Assembly: GCA_905479625.1 (NCBI GenBank)
Contig: CAJQNF010000061.1
Location: 807 to 64,806 of the forward strand
DNA length: 64,000 bases
Source: an uncultured Flavobacteriaceae bacterium
Lineage (GTDB): Bacteria > Bacteroidota > Bacteroidia > Flavobacteriales > Flavobacteriaceae
Reading direction: 5' to 3'
Shown here: in pieces, positions 18,243 through 27,046 of the stretch
Layout of the letters: each line of letters opens with the position of its first letter
Position numbering within the stretch: the stretch's first letter is position 1
Translations under genes and position numbers: made by a program
Notes under the pieces: generated by a model
The model's database searches: none
Seen by the model: only the letters and a program-made list of their open reading frames with translations
Told to the model about the DNA's origin: nothing

Positions 18243-20714
18243 ATGAAAATATTCTCAACGCTGCTCGTAATTCTATTCCTTCCTTTTATAGTGCAGTCTC
18301 AAGAGAAACAGAGGCCTCAAGGAGCTACTCAACCCCAAAGAGAAATGTTCGAATTGAAAGGTGTAATTCATGAAAAAGAAGCTAACATACCTCTAGAGTT
18401 TGCCACAGTCATTGCAAGACCCCTTAAAGGAGATCAGGTTTATGGCGGAATGACGACCGGAAAAGGTAAGTTTTCCTTTGAAGTTCCTAAGGGCAAGTAT
18501 ACTATCAGTTTCGAATTTCTATCTTTTAAAACCATTGCGATAGAAAATGTTGATGTCAATGCCAATTTGGATCTGGGAGAGGTCTTTATGGAAGAGGATG
18601 CTGAAGCGCTTGACGAAGTTACGGTGATCGCAGAAAGGAGTACTATGGAGGTGAAACTGGACAAAAAGATCTATAATGTAGGAAAAGACATGACGGTTAA
18701 AGGAGGAACGGCAAGTGATGTGTTGGACAACGTACCATCCGTAACGGTAGATGCTGAAGGAGTGGTAAGTCTAAGAGGAAATGAAAACGTCAGGATACTG
18801 ATCAACGGGAAACCCAGCGGACTTGTTGGCTTGAATGACACCGAGGCATTAAGGCAATTCCCTGCCGATGCCATTGCCAAAGTAGAAGTGATCACAAGTC
18901 CTTCTGCCCGTTATGATGCTGAAGGGACAGCCGGTATACTGAATATCATTTTAAGAAGAGATAAAATTACAGGATTCAACGGAGTTGGTACGGTCAACCT
19001 AGGTATCCCTAAATACTATGGATTTTCCACCAGCCTGAACTACAGGCTCGAAAATGTCAATTTTTTTACCAATATTGGCTATTCAGATCGGGAGTCTCCG
19101 GGAAATTCGAGTGCGGAAACTACTTATTTTTCTCCGGATGCAAATTATGCATCGACCAATCAACAAATTGACTATACCAGAAAAGGCGATAATTTAAATC
19201 TGAATTTTGGTATTGAGTATTATATCGCTAAAGAAACTTCGATTACGGCTAGTTTTTTATATAGGAATTCAGACAGGGACCGTATCTCTGAAAATATGAC
19301 AGATGCTTTTGATGAATTTGATGATTTGGTCAACTCCACCCTCAGAATCGAAAATGAAGTGTCTAAAGACAATGTACTTCAATACGATTTCAACTTTTTG
19401 CATAAATTCAAAAAAGAAGGGCATCAAATAGATCTTGACCTTCAATATCAGGACAATAGTGATGATGAAAACAGTTTGATCACAAATGAGGAGACCTTTC
19501 CAGGCATGATTGACCAACTCTCTGAAAAAGTCGACTCTGATGAATTGCAGAAAAGATTTTTGATTCAAAGTGATTATGTATTGCCGATAGGTGAAAACCA
19601 GCAAGTTGAATTAGGATTCAGAGTCAACAAGGATGACAGAGAAACTGATTACAAATTTTTCAATGAAAATGAGAATGGTGATTTTATAGTTAATGACAGC
19701 CTGACGAATCTTTTTGAATATGATGAAGTAATATCCGCGTTTTACGGACAATACGGGAATAAATTCGGAAAATTCTCTGCGCTTTTAGGCCTTAGGATAG
19801 AGGCCACTGATATAGACATTCAGTCAACAGGTAAGGAAATTGATTCGTTAAATCAAAAAAATTACGTCAATGCCTTCCCGACAGCAAATCTTGTCTATGA
19901 ATTTACAGAAAGTGAAAATTTAACATTGGGATATAATAGTCGAATCAGAAGACCCAGATCAAGGTTTATCAATCCTTTTCCTTCTCAGTCAAGCCGGACA
20001 AATATATTTCAGGGAAATCCTGATCTGGATCCTTCCATTTCTCATGGAGTAGACCTTGGCTATTACAAAAGATGGCAAAAAGTAACTTTTAACACTTCGG
20101 TTTACTATACTCATGCTACGGATGTTTTTCAGTTTATTAGTGAGGACACTGGAGAAACCACTGACGATGGAATTCCAATTATAAGAAGGACACCTATAAA
20201 TTTAAGCACCGATGACCGCTATGGGTTCGAATTCTCAGCAAATTATACCCCTAAAAAGAATTGGAGGTTCAATGCCAGTTTTAACTTCTATAATTCAACT
20301 TTAGATGGAGAATATGAGGGAGTTGATTTTGGATCAAGTTTTACCAGCTGGTTTGCAAGAGGGACTTCTAAATTAACCTTGCCTGCTAAAATTGACTGGC
20401 AAACTACCATGATGTTTAGGGGTCCGCGACAAAATGCCCAATCTAAAAGTGAGGGCATGTTTATGGCCAATATGGCTTTTAGTAAAGATATTTTAAAAGG
20501 AAATGGGACCTTGGTCTTCAATGTGGATGATCTTTTTAACACGAGAAAAAGAATATCTGAAACTACTACAGATACTTTTACAGAAAATAGTGAATTCCAA
20601 TGGAGGCAAAGACAGTTCAGGCTTTCTTTTACCTATAGATTCAATCAGAAAAAACAACGCCAGCGTCAACGCGGGGGTATGGGCGGAGATGATGGTGAAG
20701 AGTTTGGTGGTTAG
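18243..20714 (+). CDS. TonB-dependent receptor-like outer-membrane beta-barrel protein, paralog of 15436-17868
   Basis: VLDNVPSV, PSARYDAEGTAGILNIIL, GNPDLDP, LSFTYRF motifs. Confidence 0.88.
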   Translation: MKIFSTLLVILFLPFIVQSQEKQRPQGATQPQREMFELKGVIHEKEANIPLEFATVIARPLKGDQVYGGMTTGKGKFSFEVPKGKYTISFEFLSFKTIAIENVDVNANLDLGEVFMEEDAEALDEVTVIAERSTMEVKLDKKIYNVGKDMTVKGGTASDVLDNVPSVTVDAEGVVSLRGNENVRILINGKPSGLVGLNDTEALRQFPADAIAKVEVITSPSARYDAEGTAGILNIILRRDKITGFNGVGTVNLGIPKYYGFSTSLNYRLENVNFFTNIGYSDRESPGNSSAETTYFSPDANYASTNQQIDYTRKGDNLNLNFGIEYYIAKETSITASFLYRNSDRDRISENMTDAFDEFDDLVNSTLRIENEVSKDNVLQYDFNFLHKFKKEGHQIDLDLQYQDNSDDENSLITNEETFPGMIDQLSEKVDSDELQKRFLIQSDYVLPIGENQQVELGFRVNKDDRETDYKFFNENENGDFIVNDSLTNLFEYDEVISAFYGQYGNKFGKFSALLGLRIEATDIDIQSTGKEIDSLNQKNYVNAFPTANLVYEFTESENLTLGYNSRIRRPRSRFINPFPSQSSRTNIFQGNPDLDPSISHGVDLGYYKRWQKVTFNTSVYYTHATDVFQFISEDTGETTDDGIPIIRRTPINLSTDDRYGFEFSANYTPKKNWRFNASFNFYNSTLDGEYEGVDFGSSFTSWFARGTSKLTLPAKIDWQTTMMFRGPRQNAQSKSEGMFMANMAFSKDILKGNGTLVFNVDDLFNTRKRISETTTDTFTENSEFQWRQRQFRLSFTYRFNQKKQRQRQRGGMGGDDGEEFGG

Positions 20715-20841
20715 TATTTAAATCTAAAATAAATCATCATTTTTTCATATGATTGAAAGGGAAATTTCGGGGCTTTAGCAATTCTTTTCTGGCGTCTATT
20801 TTGTATCTTTGGTACTCATTAGTATTACAAAATATTTACCC

Positions 20842-22242
20842 ATGAAATACAGAATAGAACACGATACCATTGGTGAAGTGCAAGTGCCAGTAGACAAATA
20901 CTGGGGTGCTCAAACTGAAAGATCAAGAAATAATTTCAAGATAGGTGCTGAGGCTTCAATGCCAAAGGAAATCATAGAAGGATTTGCTTATTTGAAAAAG
21001 GCTGCCGCTTATACAAATCATGACCTTGGCGTTCTAGCCAAAGAAAAAAGAGATGCCATTGCTGCAGTATGTGACGAAATATTAGCCGGAGAATTGTTCG
21101 ATCAATTTCCTTTGGTTATTTGGCAAACAGGTTCAGGAACACAAAGCAATATGAATTGCAATGAAGTGATCGCCAATAAGGCCCATATCAACCACGGAGG
21201 AGACTTAAATGGTTTTGATCGCTATATCCATCCCAATGATGACGTCAACAAATCTCAATCCTCTAACGATACGTTCCCAACGGGAATGCATATTGCCATT
21301 TACAAGAAGATTGTTGAAGTGACCATACCCGGAGTAGAACATTTACGCAATACATTGCAACAAAAGTCAATAGAATTCGCGAATGTTGTAAAGATTGGAA
21401 GAACGCATTTAATGGATGCCACTCCTTTAACGCTGGGTCAGGAATTTTCCGGTTATGTATCTCAACTTGATCATGGGGTTAAGGCCTTAACCAATACCTT
21501 GGATCATCTTGCTGAACTTGCCTTAGGAGGGACAGCTGTAGGTACAGGAATTAACACACCAGAAGGTTATTCAGAATTGGTGGCTAAGTATATTGCAGAC
21601 TTCACGGAGCTTCCTTTTATTACAGCTGAAAATAAATTTGAAGCACTTGCTGCGCATGATGCGGTTGTAGAGACTCATGGCGCTTTAAAACAATTAGCGG
21701 TTTCTTTGATGAAAATAGCCAATGACATCAGAATGTTGGCTTCTGGCCCAAGAAGTGGTATTGGTGAGATCATCATTCCTGCTAATGAACCGGGGTCGTC
21801 TATCATGCCGGGTAAAGTTAATCCTACTCAGGCCGAAGCACTGACTATGGTTTGTGCCCAGGTCATTGGGAATGACGTGGCAGTCACCGTTGGTGGGATG
21901 TCCGGTCACTATGAATTAAATGTATTTAAACCTGTAATGGCAGCTAATACGTTGCAGTCTGCTCAATTGATTGGAGATGCCTGTGCATCGTTCACCGATA
22001 ATTGTGCCATTGGTATCGAGCCAAATTATCCTCAAATTAAGCAGCTTTTAAACAACTCTTTGATGCTGGTCACTGCACTGAATACCAAAATTGGATATGA
22101 AAATTCAGCCAAAATTGCTAAAACAGCGCATAAAAATGGAACTACATTAAGAGAAGAGGCTGTCAATCTTGGCTTTTTAACAGGTGAAGAATTTGATGAA
22201 TGGGTACGCCCCGAAGATATGGTGGGAAGCCTGAAGGTATAA
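20842..22242 (+). CDS. fumC: Class II fumarate hydratase
   Basis: [11 protein letters not shown] signature, [12 protein letters not shown]; start reassigned to ATG 20842. Confidence 0.97.
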   Translation: MKYRIEHDTIGEVQVPVDKYWGAQTERSRNNFKIGAEASMPKEIIEGFAYLKKAAAYTNHDLGVLAKEKRDAIAAVCDEILAGELFDQFPLVIWQTGSGTQSNMNCNEVIANKAHINHGGDLNGFDRYIHPNDDVNKSQSSNDTFPTGMHIAIYKKIVEVTIPGVEHLRNTLQQKSIEFANVVKIGRTHLMDATPLTLGQEFSGYVSQLDHGVKALTNTLDHLAELALGGTAVGTGINTPEGYSELVAKYIADFTELPFITAENKFEALAAHDAVVETHGALKQLAVSLMKIANDIRMLASGPRSGIGEIIIPANEPGSSIMPGKVNPTQAEALTMVCAQVIGNDVAVTVGGMSGHYELNVFKPVMAANTLQSAQLIGDACASFTDNCAIGIEPNYPQIKQLLNNSLMLVTALNTKIGYENSAKIAKTAHKNGTTLREEAVNLGFLTGEEFDEWVRPEDMVGSLKV

Positions 22243-22251
22243 ATTAAAGAT

Positions 22252-22292
22252 CAGGCAAAAAAGCATCCTGCATCTGTTTTTTTGCCTGCTTT
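22252..22292 (+). terminator. Hairpin after fumC, probable terminator
   Basis: CAGGCAAAAAAGCA...TGTTTTTTTGCCTG followed by CTTT. Confidence 0.55.
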
Positions 22293-22309
22293 CAAAATAT
22301 TATAGATCT

Positions 22310-22855
22310 ATGTGTAACAGTTTTAATAAGAAGTTCCTGGATGAAGCGGCTAAAGCCTTGGATCAGGATATGGACAATAGTCTTACTGATCATGCTAGAT
22401 TTATGGAACAAGCCGTCGAAAAAGCCATAAAAGGGGTTTTGAGTAATGAAGGAGGACCTTTCGGCTGCATCATTGTTAAGGACGGACAAATAATTGGCAA
22501 AGGAAATAACAGAGTGACTTCTACAAATGACCCTACTGCTCATGCAGAAGTAATGGCGATCAGAGAAGCATGTAAAGCATTGAATTCATTTCAACTGGAT
22601 GAATGTATTTTATATACCAGTTGTGAACCTTGCCCCATGTGTTTAGGAGCCATTTATTGGGCCAGACCTAAAAAAGTTTATTACGGCTGCACCAAAACCG
22701 ACGCCGCAAAAATTGGTTTTGATGATAGCTTTATCTATAAAGAGCTGGATCTGGAGCCAGGCAAAAGAACTATTCCATTTGAACAAATTAATAAAAAAGA
22801 AGCTATGAGGGCCTTTAGGGCCTGGGAAGAAAAGGATGATAAAATAGAGTATTAA
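22310..22855 (+). CDS. Nucleoside deaminase (guanine deaminase GuaD-like); start uncertain
   Basis: GGPFG, DPTAHAE, CEPCPMC Zn motif. Confidence 0.88.
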   Translation: MCNSFNKKFLDEAAKALDQDMDNSLTDHARFMEQAVEKAIKGVLSNEGGPFGCIIVKDGQIIGKGNNRVTSTNDPTAHAEVMAIREACKALNSFQLDECILYTSCEPCPMCLGAIYWARPKKVYYGCTKTDAAKIGFDDSFIYKELDLEPGKRTIPFEQINKKEAMRAFRAWEEKDDKIEY

Positions 22856-22870
22856 CTAAATTGTCTCATT

Positions 22871-23278
22871 ATGCGTAAAGTAGGAATTTGGATAGATCAA
22901 AAGGAAGCAAACTTGATCACCTTGACAAAAAATGCTATTCATTCAAAAACAATTTACTCTGACATTGAAACCCGTATACGGACAGAAGGTGAATCAAAAC
23001 AATTCGGAAGATTTGGAGATCAATACCTGGTAGATGAAAAGGGAAAAGATAACCGGGTGAAAGAATACACCCAAAAATACATGTTACGTATTGTTAAGGA
23101 ATTATCAAAAGCTGATGAGATTTTTTTATTTGGGCCCGCCCAAATGAAAATGAAATTGGAAAAACTTATGTCTGGTTTACCTGAGTTGGCCATAAAGCTG
23201 AAAGGTACCAAGACATCAGAAAATATGACGCATAACCAGAAACTGGCCTATGTGAAAGATTTCTATAAAAATAAATGA
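22871..23278 (+). CDS. Hypothetical protein, possibly host-attachment/baeRF release-factor-like
   Basis: VGIWID N-terminal strand, IFLFGPAQMK motif; family assignment from memory. Confidence 0.55.
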   Translation: MRKVGIWIDQKEANLITLTKNAIHSKTIYSDIETRIRTEGESKQFGRFGDQYLVDEKGKDNRVKEYTQKYMLRIVKELSKADEIFLFGPAQMKMKLEKLMSGLPELAIKLKGTKTSENMTHNQKLAYVKDFYKNK

Positions 23279-23428
23279 TCAGAGACCTCGGCTTAACTGT
23301 CTGATCTTGTTATAGTATTCTTCGTATTCCTTTTCTGCAAGTCGTTGCGCCTTACTGTTAAAGATTTCCTTTTGACTGCGCTTTTTATTATCAGACCCTT
23401 GAGAAAGTCCGATTCTATCATTTTCCAT
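23279..23428 (-). CDS. Putative 49-aa charged small protein
   Basis: MENDRIGLSQGSDNKKRSQKEIFNSKAQRLAEKEYEEYYNKIRQLSRGL; fills an intergenic gap. Confidence 0.45.
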   Translation of the reverse strand: MENDRIGLSQGSDNKKRSQKEIFNSKAQRLAEKEYEEYYNKIRQLSRGL

Positions 23429-23555
23429 TTCTTCGCAATTTTTATAATTAACGAAAAAAATAGCTGTTTTATTATAAATGAGCGTTAACAAAATATATTA
23501 TCACCCTTAAAAACAGCGTTTTAAATGACTTCCTGGTTAACATAAATTCTTGTTC

Positions 23556-24956
23556 CTACCACTGGGTGTGATAAAATTCTGATTCAGGTGAATCAACCCG
23601 TTGATAGGTATGGGCCCCGAAAAAATCTCTTTGAGCTTGAATTAAATTTGCCGGTAAACTTTTTGTAGTCATATCCACCCAATAATGGTATGAAGATGAA
23701 AAACAATGAGTTGAAACTCTTTGTCTTAAACCTAAAATAAGTGTTTCACGCAGATCTGATTCTCCATTGATCAATTGATCTGTCACCAGATCCATATCAA
23801 ACAGATCAGCTGAACATTGAAATTCCTTATGCAGCTCATTCATAAGGTGAGATTTTATGATACATCCATTTGACCAGATTCTTGCGATATCAGAAAAATT
23901 CAGACCCCATTTATAGGTGTCGGAAGCGAATTGCATCAGTTTAAACCCTTGTTGGTGATTGATCAACCTTGCGCACTCATAGGCTTTTTTAAGTGATACA
24001 AGGTTCTGGTCTCCATCGATGGATTGCCTGGAATCGATCAAACCGGACATTTTTATACGTACATCTTTAAAGGAAGAAATATACCTGGCGAACACCGCAG
24101 ATGACATCATGGTATTTGGAATTCCAAGATCAAATGCAGCTTTACTTGACCAGGAGCCGGTTCCTTTATTTCCTGCCTTGTCTAAAATCAGATCAAGTAA
24201 ATATTTATCCCCCTCTTTCTTCTTTAAAATTTGAACAGTGATCTCCAGTAAATAACTTGACAAAGCACCTTCATTCCAACTTTCAAATACTTCTGCAATC
24301 TCTTCATTTGACATCTTGTTTGACATCAAAGCATATAGTTCGGTGAGCAATTGCATTTCTACATATTCAATACCATTATGAACCATTTTAATAAAATGCC
24401 CTGAGCCTTCAGGGCCTATATAGGTGCAGCAAGTTTTTCCAAAATCATCTTTAGCTGCTATAGATTCCAGAACTGCCGCGACTAAATCATAACTCTCTTT
24501 CTTCCCTCCCGGCATAATTGAAGGACCTTTTCTGGCTCCTTCTTCGCCACCTGAAATTCCTGCCCCAATAAACTCTATCCCATGACTCTGGGCCTGTTCA
24601 AACCTTCTCTTGGTATTTAAGTAGTGTGAATTCCCTCCATCAATTATAATATCACCTTTGGAAAGCAGAGGAAACAAGTTGTTTAAAACCAGATCAACAG
24701 TTGGACCCGCCTTGATCATGATCAGCATCTTTCTCGGCTTTGCTATGGACGCTATAAAACGCTTTAGATCAGTAAATCCCTGAATATTCTTTCTATGTTC
24801 ATTTGCTGACATAAATCGGTCTACAACTTCCTCTTCTCCTCCTTCTGCCCTGTTATAAACTGATAGTTCATATCCCTTATCAGCAATATTTAAACTGATG
24901 CTACTGCCCATTACTCCTAGGCCAAAAACACCAAATTCGCTCTTTTTAGTACTCAT
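23556..24956 (-). CDS. gndA: NADP-dependent 6-phosphogluconate dehydrogenase
   Basis: GLGVMG, IDGGNS, GISGGEEGA, KMVHNGIEY, QAQRDFFGAHTY motifs. Confidence 0.96.
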   Translation of the reverse strand: MSTKKSEFGVFGLGVMGSSISLNIADKGYELSVYNRAEGGEEEVVDRFMSANEHRKNIQGFTDLKRFIASIAKPRKMLIMIKAGPTVDLVLNNLFPLLSKGDIIIDGGNSHYLNTKRRFEQAQSHGIEFIGAGISGGEEGARKGPSIMPGGKKESYDLVAAVLESIAAKDDFGKTCCTYIGPEGSGHFIKMVHNGIEYVEMQLLTELYALMSNKMSNEEIAEVFESWNEGALSSYLLEITVQILKKKEGDKYLLDLILDKAGNKGTGSWSSKAAFDLGIPNTMMSSAVFARYISSFKDVRIKMSGLIDSRQSIDGDQNLVSLKKAYECARLINHQQGFKLMQFASDTYKWGLNFSDIARIWSNGCIIKSHLMNELHKEFQCSADLFDMDLVTDQLINGESDLRETLILGLRQRVSTHCFSSSYHYWVDMTTKSLPANLIQAQRDFFGAHTYQRVDSPESEFYHTQW

Positions 24957-25429
24957 AGACTTGATTTTATTGTTGCTATTATCTCTTCAGGAGACTTTTG
25001 TATATCAATGTGGATACCGTATGCCGGAACTTCCAATGCTTCAAACTGAGACCTAAGCATTTCCCCGCTCATATAATGATCTTTTCTTTTATTCATTCTT
25101 CCCAGAATCAATTCATAGGAGCCATTTAGAAATACCCAATGGCATTGTTCAAGATTCTGCCCTAAGACTTGTCTGTATTTCTCTTTTAGGGCCGAACAGG
25201 CCAAAATAGCTCCTCCCTCCTTTTCCCATTGCTGTAAGTTGTTTGAAAGTGCTTGTAACCAAGGCGCTCTATCATTATCATTTAACGGCTCCCCGTTACT
25301 CATTTTATCAATATTTTCCTGAGGATGAAAATCATCGGCATCATAATAGGGAATACCTAATGCTCTTGATAATTTTTGTGCTATGGTCGTTTTACCGCAG
25401 CCACTTACTCCTATCACTTGAATAATCAT
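24953..25429 (-). CDS. gntK: Gluconokinase
   Basis: GVSGCGKT, DADDFHP..NIDKMS.G.PL.D.DR.PW, ACSALK..YR, SQFEALE; 4-bp overlap with gndA. Confidence 0.92.
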   Translation of the reverse strand: MIIQVIGVSGCGKTTIAQKLSRALGIPYYDADDFHPQENIDKMSNGEPLNDNDRAPWLQALSNNLQQWEKEGGAILACSALKEKYRQVLGQNLEQCHWVFLNGSYELILGRMNKRKDHYMSGEMLRSQFEALEVPAYGIHIDIQKSPEEIIATIKSSL

Positions 25430-25432
25430 ATC

Positions 25433-26395
25433 TTATTGATCAAAAAAGTTACCTGCTACACCTTTTACTCCCGGCTTTACTTCAAACAATGAACCCGCCA
25501 ATGGAAACTGCTTACTTTCTTCCTCGTTCATATCCAAACTTGAGGTAGTAATATACAAAGTATTGAAATTTTTTCCTCCGAAGGAACAAGAAGTCACATT
25601 ATGTGCAGGCACTTCAATTTTTTTAAGCAGGCTACCTGTTAAGGGATCAAAACGAGCTACAGCATTTCCATTCCATAAGGCTACCCATAATTTATCCTCT
25701 TCATCTATAGTCATTCCATCACCAAAACCCAGAGATTCGGGAATAACCACCGCTATTCTCTCATTAGAAATGGTACTTTTTTTATGATCAAAATCAAAAG
25801 CCCGAATATGGCCTGTTGGCGTATCGATATAATACATCGTTTTCTTATCTGCTGTCCATACGATCCCATTCGAAATCGTTACACTGTCAAGCATTTTAGT
25901 TGCTTGGCCACTCGATGTCACTTTATACAGATTGGCTTTTGGAGACGATTGCTCCCAATGCATGGAGCCCACCCAAAGGTTACCATTCGGATCACACTTT
26001 CCATCGTTAAATCTGTTGAAAGGCATATCAGCCTCAACATCCGATAATAAATTAATTTTGCCCGTATGTGTATCGAGCATATAAATTCCATCTTCAAGGG
26101 CAATGACGGCTTCATCCTTATTTTTAGGAACCACTGTGCCAATGCTTGAAGGCGTGTCAAATGCCTTATTCTTTTTGGTAATAGGATCGTAGACAAATAC
26201 TTTCTTATCGACAATATCAATCCAATATAGTTTTTGCTGGTGATGATCCCAAAAAGCACCTTCACCTAGTTTTGATTTTATTTCAAAAGCTACTTTCACC
26301 TGGTCTGCTTCCTGTTTCGATTTTTGGAACTTATAATAAGTTAAGCCCAATAGACTCAATAATCCCGCTATAAGCATGATAAGTTTAATTTGCAT
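25433..26395 (-). CDS. SMP-30/gluconolactonase family protein with N-terminal anchor or signal
   Basis: LGEGAFW, RFNDGKCDP.G.LWVG, ISNGI.W, DGMTID motifs. Confidence 0.9.
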   Translation of the reverse strand: MQIKLIMLIAGLLSLLGLTYYKFQKSKQEADQVKVAFEIKSKLGEGAFWDHHQQKLYWIDIVDKKVFVYDPITKKNKAFDTPSSIGTVVPKNKDEAVIALEDGIYMLDTHTGKINLLSDVEADMPFNRFNDGKCDPNGNLWVGSMHWEQSSPKANLYKVTSSGQATKMLDSVTISNGIVWTADKKTMYYIDTPTGHIRAFDFDHKKSTISNERIAVVIPESLGFGDGMTIDEEDKLWVALWNGNAVARFDPLTGSLLKKIEVPAHNVTSCSFGGKNFNTLYITTSSLDMNEEESKQFPLAGSLFEVKPGVKGVAGNFFDQ

Positions 26396-26419
26396 TTTAT
26401 ATATAGATTTTGACTCGTT

Positions 26420-27043
26420 TTAAATAGTCCAGGCATTTCCTATTTCTGACACTGGCACACAGGGAACATATCTACCCGGGATAGGGTCAAAATTAAGCAC
26501 TTCCTTCCCAACTTTTTCTGAGGTAAAATAGCCTAAAAGGGCGAGGCTTCTTATGTTGAATAAAAATTTATACATTTTATAATTGTCAAGTTCTTCCGAA
26601 GGTACCTCTTCAATTGATTTTGACTGCAGATAGCGAATTTTGCCCTGCTCCTCATCCTTAAGGTCAAAATAGACAGCAAATAATTGAGCTATTTCATCTC
26701 TGCTTGATGCGCTGATGTCGTTCCCAAATTTTTCCTTAAATCTGACAGAAAAAATCTCACTCCCCTCTTTAAACATATTTTTTTCCTCAGGTGGAAACAT
26801 ATCCTGACTCATCATGTCAATGAATTGCGGCAAATTCACATCCAAACCGCCAGGGGTTTCTGTCGAGGGCAATATGATGTCGACCAAATGAGTGACATAG
26901 TGCAGCTCATCCTTACTAAAGTATAGAGCCGGCCAGGTTTCACTTGTTGTTGTACACGACTCTAAAGCACTCAAAACAGTCGGTGCAGCTACAACATAAC
27001 CAAAGCTCAATGCTAATCCCTTTATCGTATCTCTCCTGTTCAT
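26420..27043 (-). CDS. Gluconate 2-dehydrogenase subunit 3 family protein (Tat-exported partner)
   Basis: MNRRD twin-arginine; IILPSTETPG; GYFTSEKVG..PIPGRY motifs. Confidence 0.88.
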   Translation of the reverse strand: MNRRDTIKGLALSFGYVVAAPTVLSALESCTTTSETWPALYFSKDELHYVTHLVDIILPSTETPGGLDVNLPQFIDMMSQDMFPPEEKNMFKEGSEIFSVRFKEKFGNDISASSRDEIAQLFAVYFDLKDEEQGKIRYLQSKSIEEVPSEELDNYKMYKFLFNIRSLALLGYFTSEKVGKEVLNFDPIPGRYVPCVPVSEIGNAWTI

Positions 27044-27046
27044 GAT

